A stretch of DNA of 57,674 bases, filler included, from Basidiobolus ranarum (lineage: Eukaryota): assembly GCA_040143965.1 (NCBI GenBank). It is 5 parts of 5 records of this genome, joined end to end, with 100 filler letters (N's around TTAATTAATTAA, not from the genome) between each part and the next. Parts side by side here need not be neighbours in the genome. Positions count along the whole stretch, not along the records: positions 46,238 to 57,674 come from JASJQH010000613.1; 4 more parts are not named here. One strand, given 5' to 3'. This document shows positions 48,848-57,674 of this stretch, piece after piece. The notes under the pieces were generated by a model. It had not been told where the DNA came from, did no database searches, and saw nothing but the letters and a program-made list of their open reading frames with translations. Every line of letters starts with the position of its first letter. Positions within the stretch are counted from its first letter, which is position 1. Both the position numbers and the translations under genes were made by a program.

Positions 48848-51419
48848 ATTGATGAAAAGTCCACATGTCCCTAAATTAACTTATTGGTTTGCAATTTTGA
48901 TTTGAATAGATATAGAAATAAACAAATCTATAAAAGCGATATACAGCTTCGGCAAGATACAGCTAGTTATTGTGCCATTAATCCGAAAATCAATTATACA
49001 TTCGCGGCCCGTGGAATACTCGCCCTACCCCCTCATTGACTAGACGGATCACTAGACCCGCTGAGAACGATAGAACAATCTACCGGGCAGTGTTAGATAC
49101 CAATACCAATACCACAATCCTTCATATCTAGGCTTTGTGCTGTTTATGAATGTGCTGCAAATAACATCGACACAGAGTGTAACTGAGCCTCTTGAAACAT
49201 CCGATCACGAAATTAAGGCATTACATTGTCTACCTATCACTCCATATCCCGTCCTATAAATAGATGACGAATTGGGTGATGAGTATTTTTGATCGGTTGG
49301 CAGTAATTATCTATCGGCATTCAGTATGACACATCAGTTACGCATCCGGATTAGCTACAACGCAATATTAGTCATTCCTTGATTGCTAAGAACTGAAGAT
49401 AGTGGTTATCAGTCACTCTATCTGATGTATCTCAGCCAATGAGCTTTCCGCCTAACGACATTTAAGTGCTTACCACTACACAAGACAGACCTGCATTCCA
49501 TGAGGAAATAGATTCTTGGCATCTGAAGTGATTTACAGTTAGTGTATGACATTGAATCTTTATCTAATCAAGCCTTTCACTGACTGTTCAAAAACAATCC
49601 CTCTTTCCATATGGTCTCAAGTTGTATCTGTGTACTCTAATAACATCCCAGTTATTTTTATTTTTATCTGCAGGGTTGGTTCTCATTTGCCTTTCTACAT
49701 ACCTCTCAATAAAGCAATAGCGCTCTTGCAGATACTTCATCATATTTCTCCACTCATGACATACTTTCTTTTGCTTCCTTAATTCAATTACTAATTAATT
49801 ATCAACACTAGATGGATCATCAAAGAACTGAGACTCCATACGCCCATGCCCTAGTCAGTTGCAAATAAACCTACTACTGGTGTCGTGATGCTGGGTTAGA
49901 TGATTCATGATTAATGACATTATTTGTGCAAGCCAGCTTAGTAGATGAGATACTGCTCAAATCAGCAATGATGAGTGAGAACATTATAGGAGTTTGAGAA
50001 GTGAATTCCACTATTACTGATTCAACCCACATGGAACCCAATAAATATACTCAAAATACAGAGTTGACTACTTCAGTGTTGGATCAGCAACTTAGACTCA
50101 CTAATGCACAAACATAGAACAGAAGACTCAGCAATTATGAGAAGGACAACCTTGCAATTCATTTAAATTAGTCTAGCTTGATCAACCACAATTACGATCT
50201 GCCTAGCCCTGAGTGCGATATTTTCATTTCCAAGCATAAATTGGGGCTTGATCGGGGCATTCTCCAGGTACTATTGTAAACAAATCCATTAGATGAATCT
50301 ACCAGATTTGACCACCATCTAAATGATTAATCGGTAATATATGGAAGTGGCCAATGGTTGTCAGCAGTTCTATTGCATATCAAAAGCCTATCCTAGAGAT
50401 CCGCTTAAAATCGGATGTTTCTAGTTCAACTCTGACTTCCATATTGGTAAGTATATGAATATTTCGAATGTTTAGGGTCTATACCCTGAATTCTTCATTC
50501 CTTAAAGGTCCATTCCCCGAGTTAAGCCGTCTACCTCTAAATAGTGACTGGATGATGGTGTTTGTTAGACTCAGGTTTGTCGAGATAACCTTGAGGCAAG
50601 CTAATCAGTCCTTATCAGCTCACCTTTGGTATTCAAGTTACCACCAAGTGTCGCCTTAAGGGAAAATCAAGGCAGCTATTCCAATACTCACACCCTATCT
50701 GTATGGACTTCAATCAACCAATTACTAGGCGTACTAAGGACTATCTGAGCGGGACGAATCAAGGGGTAGGCTGGTTTTTAGCTTTATTTATGGCCATATC
50801 ATATGGATCACAGTTCCAATTCACACGCCTCTATTACTTCAAATGCCAATTGAATAATCCCCCTCCCCCAAAAGTATACAAATTTCGTACATGGGTAGTG
50901 GGATTCTTAAAATATGGTGATTCAATCATCGGAATTCCAAAATAACCACCCTAAATTTGAAATACCTTCCCACCCCTTGATTTGCAATATTGGTCAGTTA
51001 GATGCACATGTAAAGTATCATAGCTGAATTGGGGTTCCCGATTATTGCTCTATGGTGGTAACGTCGAGATGATTGCTAATTTATCTCTCGGTTACAACCG
51101 TGTAACTCGAATCAAAACGGGGACATGTGTGCGTTTATAGAGGTGAGAGAAGTTCTGAGTTTCATTGATCCGTAGACCGTTTAGTATGATAATATATATA
51201 TTGATCTTCTGGTAAATTTCCATTCAAAACGATATGTGCAAGAGATAAAATAAAAAGGTACGATAACAAGTATTAACGCTATATACAGATCACATGAGTG
51301 ATAGCTATCCATGAAAAAACCAAATGTTGCAAGTCAACCTGGTGTGAAGAGGAAATGAAAGGAAAGGAAAGGAATGGATGAAATCTCCCGCTGATAAGAT
51401 AAGAAATTGATGAGATATA

Positions 51420-52190
51420 TCATTCTGAAATTTCTATATCTGCTTTCGGTTTTCCATTTCTTCTGTCGTGAGTTTTCATATGTTGACCCAGATTGTCCCT
51501 CCTTGAAAATGTCTTCTCACAGCCTTCTACCTCACAAGAATATGGCCGCTCTAATGTGTGTACACGAAAGTGACGTTTTAGGTGCTCTAAACGTTTAAAT
51601 CGCATTTGACATCCTGGAAATTGGCACCGGTGGCTCTTATCATTGACAAAGCCAGTGCTTGGTTCTGGATTTTTACACAGGTAGGATTGTGAAGGTCGAT
51701 ATGGATGAACACGATGTACAGCCGTCATATTAGCCAATGACCTGGTGTGCCAAGTTTCAATGGATGCGGGGATAAACTGTTCCACTTTGGAAGTTATTGT
51801 GCGCAACATAGCGTTAGAGACTGTAGCATCGTGAGCTATCTTTGATACACTGTAGCGGTCACTGCTTGGGTCTGCTTCTGGTGTCAGGGTATTAGATAGT
51901 TTTGAAGAATTCAGGCTTGGCAAGCTTTCAGTGTGATCGAAGTTCAGAAGTTTGTAGATATTGCTTACTTTCGGAGGACTAACTGAAGTATCTTCCGGTG
52001 AACGAGAAGAAACACTAGATGGTGGACTAGATGGTGCACTTAAAGTACTCTGACAATCGTATGACAGGGTGGGATAGCGGTTCAAGTGATGAAGGTCGAA
52101 CGGGGGTATTATGTCGTGGTAGTTGGTTTTGTCACTGCTACGAATAGCGTGGTGTTCAGCTTGGAAAGAGTCCGGAGCTAAAGCTAACAT
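51420..52190 (-). CDS. C2H2 zinc-finger transcription factor (two C-terminal fingers), 256 aa
   Basis: [53 protein letters not shown], with an S/P-rich N-terminus. Confidence 0.92.
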   Translation of the reverse strand: MLALAPDSFQAEHHAIRSSDKTNYHDIIPPFDLHHLNRYPTLSYDCQSTLSAPSSPPSSVSSRSPEDTSVSPPKVSNIYKLLNFDHTESLPSLNSSKLSNTLTPEADPSSDRYSVSKIAHDATVSNAMLRTITSKVEQFIPASIETWHTRSLANMTAVHRVHPYRPSQSYLCKNPEPSTGFVNDKSHRCQFPGCQMRFKRLEHLKRHFRVHTLERPYSCEVEGCEKTFSRRDNLGQHMKTHDRRNGKPKADIEISE

Positions 52191-54604
52191 TGCAAATGGT
52201 ATATTGATGGTCGAGGGATTCGGTGGAGTAAGCGATTGAATGACAACGATGATTCAGAGGAAGAAAAGTCGGGAACTCAAATATTTGTATCGTGCCCTCA
52301 GGCTCATGGATTGCATTTCCTTCGAACAGTTTTATATGAAAAATAATGGATCGGCCTCGTGATCAGACTTGTGGAAGGAGTTCAGAACACTGAAAAAAAC
52401 CCAGAAAAAGGGTGCAGTGGTGGGAAAACCAGGGATCTTGCGGACAAACATGGAGGTTCAATGGCCTATTCCGAACCATGCCACCAAATACGACTCATCC
52501 CTCGTGATTCTAAGTCTACTATGATTACCAAATGGCTAACCGATAAGGATAGCCACTAATCATCTTCTTGATGAATGAGAGAGGTTGATGATTGGTAACA
52601 TTTGTGTAAGTCAGCCTAGAATTGGTGCTGATCCCTTTTAAGGGTAGAGGCTTCTGTGAACTATTCTGTTATGGACATCTCAGTAGCCACCCGGAGTTGG
52701 GGTAACAATATGAGGTAGTTGTAAGGCTCATTTCGCTTGAAGATACATAAGGCGTTTATCAAAGGCATGCTTCATAGGCGTCAAGTGGTCTTTCCATCCT
52801 AAGCTTTGCTTCGAGTATCATTCCTTTTGAAGATACCACACCTATAAGTCATAGGAGAGTCTAGCCAAGTTCATCACTAGACCGGTGCATCGTTAATTTT
52901 CTGCACTTTCTCTTTCACAGCAACTGGGACCACTAAACCACCTCTACACTCCTTTCATTTCATGTCAGTGTACAGGATCAGTAGTATGTAGATCCATCTC
53001 TAGTATTATTTGGTCGGCGAGTTGGTGTCACCTTCGCTTGCGGTTGAACCTTGTTTATAAAGAGTATTATGGTGTGTTCTGATTCTGTCCAGTTCAAACT
53101 TCTGATGGAACTCTTTGTGGAACAATTCTGTATTTATGTTTGGGAGTAAGAGTTTCAGGCCGATCTAAGTACGATATTATTCCGGGATCTAAATATGTGG
53201 TCTTTATGGTAAATATAAATGTACGGGAGATGAAGTGGCTTCTAGTGTACCAAACATTGATGACCATTGGGCATGTATGAAGAAAGCTGAAGAACGTTCT
53301 TGAAGGTAAAGTACTGCTTACTTTAAGGATCAAGGACAAGATTACCATTGAGAGATAATGAAGTTAGCACTGATGCAGGGGGCTAGAGGCTAGGTTTTAG
53401 AATATATTATGAAGTGCATATGTTACGTAACTGATCAGCGTAAACTAATTATTTCAACTTTATCAACAAAAGATGATGGATTCTTAAATTTCTAGTGTTA
53501 AGCGTTGACCTGGGAATGGGATTTAGTTGATTTAGTTTTAATAACTGCAATGTATCGAAAATCCTCATTGCTATAAATGTTAACTCTGACATTTAGGCGA
53601 GTAAATCACAACTCAAATAAAGCGGATCTTTAAGATGCATCTTCTTAAGAACAAAATATGCAGGATGCTCACTCGCTCTCGTGTTGTGCATCTACTTCCA
53701 TTTAGTTAGATAGTTGAACCCCCCGGAGGTACCACTGGTTAATATACTTTTAGAGTTCACTTGAGAGTAATGCCTCTTAGAAGATACTCTTCCCTTTTAT
53801 GTACAAATAACAGCATTCTAAAACTGACATATTAGAAATAATTTATTGAATCTTTGTTGACAATTATGTATCAAAGAACACATTATTGGCGTACTAGAAT
53901 TAAGCACCAACTTGTTCATGTATCATATTTAGCATGATTGGTATTAACAGCTGAATACTTTACAGGTCTATTTTGAGATACCGTGCATATATATGAGATA
54001 TGTTGAGGAAAGAAAAATATTCCGACTCGGTTAGAGCTCCTTCCGGGTTTCTTAGAACAGTAGAAATATACCCATGATGCCTCGTTTCATTCATTTCTCA
54101 TCATTTCTTACATAACTAGATATTTATTTTTATCTGAGAATACCAAAAACATATCTGGTATTTCTTCTATGGATATCTAAAATATGGAGTGGACTTCTTT
54201 GATTATGGCAGTGTAAAATTCATTGCTCTGGAATAACCTGTTAAGCAATATTTAATTCTAGTATTGTAAACCCCTAAGACTCTTAATTGATCTCCACCTT
54301 ATGATAGTTCTGCAATCCAAAGGTTAATGTAGTTAATTTTCAAGTGACACTCTCTCTGACAGTATCATACTGTGGTGGTACATGATATTAGTATTCATGT
54401 TTGGCCACCAAGAGAGAGCTTTAAATTATTTGATGGCCATATGTCATTCCCTCCCAAGCCACCTTTACGGGTATAAAGGATTAGTTGAGTAATATTTGAA
54501 TCATTTAATCCATCAGTCACTATTGTGCTGTCCTGTCAGATATTCCTGATGTACCTGTAGAGAGGGGTGTGGCAGTGGCTGAAAGGTAGTCAAATTGTTG
54601 AAAT

Positions 54605-54953
54605 TGTTAAAGTACTTGGGAGCCTGTTGGAAGTGGTTTGGAGAATTAGAGGAATTGGTGGTTTTTGCTTATTGATTTATAAGGTAAAAGTTGAAATATA
54701 TAGTTTTGTCAAGATATAAGCAAACTAACATGTAGAAAACGTAAAGGAAGGCCCCAGAAACATGTGTGCAAAGTTTGAAGCTTCTAGCACAAGTTTGAAA
54801 AATCTGTATATCTGAGAACTTCTAAGTTGGTAAAAATATTCTAAGTGAATTCAAATTGAGAATAATAGGTAATATCTTAGTAAAATATGAGATAACTAAG
54901 TACTAAGCTATATATATGACTATATAGGTGCTTAGGCAAAGCTAATTTCAAGA
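54605..54953 (-). repeat. 3' LTR (family A) of the adjacent copia element
   Basis: On the minus strand the PPT AGTTGAGGAAGAG (54966-54954) directly precedes TCTTGAAATTAGC...CTTTAACA. The sequence matches the solo LTRs of contig 4. Confidence 0.9.
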
Positions 54954-57567
54954 CTCTTCCTCAACTAAATAGTCATATAAACTATTCCTAAGAAACGTCC
55001 AAATTTCTCAGATTTCTGTCTAGCTAATGGGTTGGTTAATATATCAGCAATCATGTCTCTAGCAGAACAATAAGTTTAGTCTATAAACTTATTCTCTATA
55101 GTCTCTCTGATGAAGTGATGTTTAATATCTGTATGTTTGCTTCTGTTATGAAACATGGGATTTTTAGCTAATTTGACACAGCTTGGATTTTCTTGAAATA
55201 TTGAGTTGCATATTTTGAGAATAGCCTAAATCTGTTAAGAGTTCTCTTAACCATATTGTTTCTTTTGTTGCTTCACAGGCTGCCATGTATTCTGCTTCTA
55301 TAATTGAAAGTGCTATGGTAGGTATTTTCTTTGAATTCCAGAATATGTGTATTTTAAGCACAGATCCACAGTACCTTTCTAATATCTGAAAATCTGCTCA
55401 ACTGCTATGATTTAATCAGATCCATAATTATGAAGATATTGACACATAACTCCTACAGAATATGCAATATCTGGCCATGTTCCAACTATGATATACATCA
55501 AAATACCAACTGTTGATTGATTACAAAGCTTCTGGCTTTCATTTGAATCCAAGAACATCTGATTTGAGTCATTTTTGGTCAAGTTAAGAATTGTCTCCAT
55601 TTGTGTAGATACTGTATTATATTCTGCCATTTTAAGCTTCTTTAATATATCTAGTATATACTTTGCCTGGTTCCAAGCTATTGTTTTGGTAGTTCTATCT
55701 ATCTTAACATGGATTCCAAGATATTACATCAGTTCACTAAGATCAGTCATTTTGAATTAGGCAGATAAGCCTAATTTGGTACTGTCCAAAGTCTTTAAAT
55801 CATTAGTAGCTATAATAAGGTTATCTTCATATAAGACTAATAAAACAGGGTTTTTCTTATTTGGCCTGAATAGACACTACAGTCAGCATTGCTCTTTTGG
55901 AATTTGAGTGTTTCCAAAAATGCATCTATTGTGCTATTCCAAGCTCTTAGAGATTGTTTGAAACCATAGAGTGCTTTCTGGACTCTACAAGCTTTTTTAG
56001 GGTTTTGTGGGTCCACATATCACTCTGGCTGATCCATAGAGATCTCCTCAGCAAGCTGTTTCAACATCCATTTGATATAATATAAACTGCAATTAAGCTA
56101 TAGTTGCTAAAATCAATCTAATTGAATTAAACTTTGCTACGTCAGAAAAGTTTCTGTGTATTCTATTCCAAGTTGTAGGGAATAGTCTTTGGCTACTAGT
56201 CTAGCCTTCTACCTTTCTATATTGCCATCAGAGTTGTATTCAACTTCAGACACCTATAGGCAGCCCATAGATTTTCTATCATCAGGAAAGTTGGTTAAAA
56301 TCCAAGTTTGATCATCAATCAAAGCCTGGTACTCATCAGCCATTGCAGATCTCCAAAAATTTGTGTGAGGGCCATTCAGGGCCTCTTTGACAGTCTGGGG
56401 CTTATGTATTTGAGCTGTGCAGGCATAGGCCCAATTTTGGGACTCATTGATGTAGTAATCAGGGCTGTTTCAGATTTGATTTGATCTCCAGGTTTGGGAT
56501 AAAGGTACTACAACTTTAGGCATTGTATTAGGCACAACAGCAGGCAGAATTTTAGCTGAAGGGTCCACAGGAATTCTATATTGTTCATTGTTTTGGTTTA
56601 AATCCATTTCGATGATTGGAACAGGAAAAGAGTAATTTTTTTCATTATCTGAGGTCAATCTGGGTAAAAATTGTTCATTGTTATTAAACAAACCATTGCT
56701 AGACTTGATTAAATTTGGAATTTTGGTATCATAGAGTCTGTCGGCTTCAGTTTGGGTATAATAACCCAAAAATACATATTTCTTACTTTTTGGATCCAAT
56801 ATGGACCAATTTGTGGTCATAATATTGAGGTAAGAAATGCAACCAAAGATCCTCAAATGTTAAACCAGGTTTAACTCCAAACCAAGCTTCCTATGGTATA
56901 GAGTTGGATAGGCTTTTCGTAAATCTCCTATTCTTCTGATATACAGCTGTAGCAAGAGATTCTGCTCAATAGTTATGAGATCAGTTTTGTGCATTTATCA
57001 TATATCTTGCCATTTCTACTATAGTCCTTTTGCTCTTTCAACAGCTCAATTTTGTAGAGGTGAATAGGGGGCAGGAGTTTTAGGTCTAATTCCATGAACT
57101 ATGCAAAAGTGATCAAATAGTGTTGAAGTATACTCATGACCATTATCTATATGCATTTTCTTGATTTTAGTTCCAGTTTCAGTCTCCACAAGTGATTTAA
57201 AATCACTAAGAATAGAGAGAGCTTCTTTTCTTTCCATAATGTAGACCCAAGTGTCTCTTGCATAATCATCATAAATGTGATTAAATATCTTTTTCCATCT
57301 AAAGATAAATTTTGCATAGGTCCACACAAATCTAAATGAATTAGATTCAATTATTTGACATATTTGATTAAGCCAGAGCTCTTGAATGGTTGCTTGGCTT
57401 GTTTTTCATATACAAAACCCTTGCAAATTTCCATTTTGGTTGGGGGGGGTTAATTGACAATCCAGAAATCAGGTGATTTTTGATCATTTTGCTCAAATAA
57501 TCAATTACAATATGGGCAAATCTCTTATGCCATAATTGAATAGTTTCTTGATTAGAATAACTGATAT
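54954..57567 (-). mobile_element. Decayed Ty1/copia pol (integrase-RT-RNase H) with PPT
   Basis: LWHKRFAH, LIHLDLCGPM, KIKKMHIDNGHEY...PYSPLQN, IFGCISY...LDPKSKKYVFLGY, LYGFKQS and ALSIIEAEYMAACEATKETIWLR, with multiple stops and frameshifts. Confidence 0.93.
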
Positions 57568-57674
57568 TGTTGGATAATTAATCTTTATTCAACATCATAG
57601 TTAACTTTAGTTATGATACATATATCAGAAACAGAAAGCAACGTATCTATAGCCCCTATATTCTAAATAGGAAT
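57568..57674 (-). repeat. Partial family C LTR inserted just upstream of the copia integrase
   Basis: The reverse complement matches 44370-44488 (TATAGGGGCTATAGATA.GTTGCTTTCTGTTTCTGATATATGTAT). Confidence 0.8.

Overview
Eukaryotic, AT-rich DNA with short (about 45-110 nt) GT-AG introns and fungal-type genes, most like an early-diverging fungus (Basidiobolus-like by impression only). The window is not one locus. It is five contigs of steadily decreasing length (11467, 11463, 11459, 11448, 11437 bp) joined by artificial 100-bp N/TTAATTAATTAA linkers, so no synteny can be read across them. Contig 1: double-RING E3 ligase, intronless bacterial-like YcaC hydrolase, tRNA-Leu(CAG) pseudogene that appears split by an insertion with a fold-back, secreted GDSL/SGNH esterase, Ugo1-like carrier and retroelement debris. 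Contig 2: partial Ssh4-like SPRY gene, class I cyclic-nucleotide phosphodiesterase with an N-terminal receiver-like domain, and a large disordered protein ending in a truncated PARG-like domain. Contig 3: nested, decayed, CpG-depleted Ty1/copia elements. Contig 4: solo LTRs and a Git3/cAMP-receptor-like GPCR. Contig 5: 3' end of a G/Q/Y prion-like protein, small secreted protein, C2H2 transcription factor and a copia remnant. Best leads: the split tRNA (possible tRNA-targeting element), the PARG-like protein, the receiver-PDE fusion, the ycaC transfer candidate and repeated insertion of one LTR family into its own LTR.
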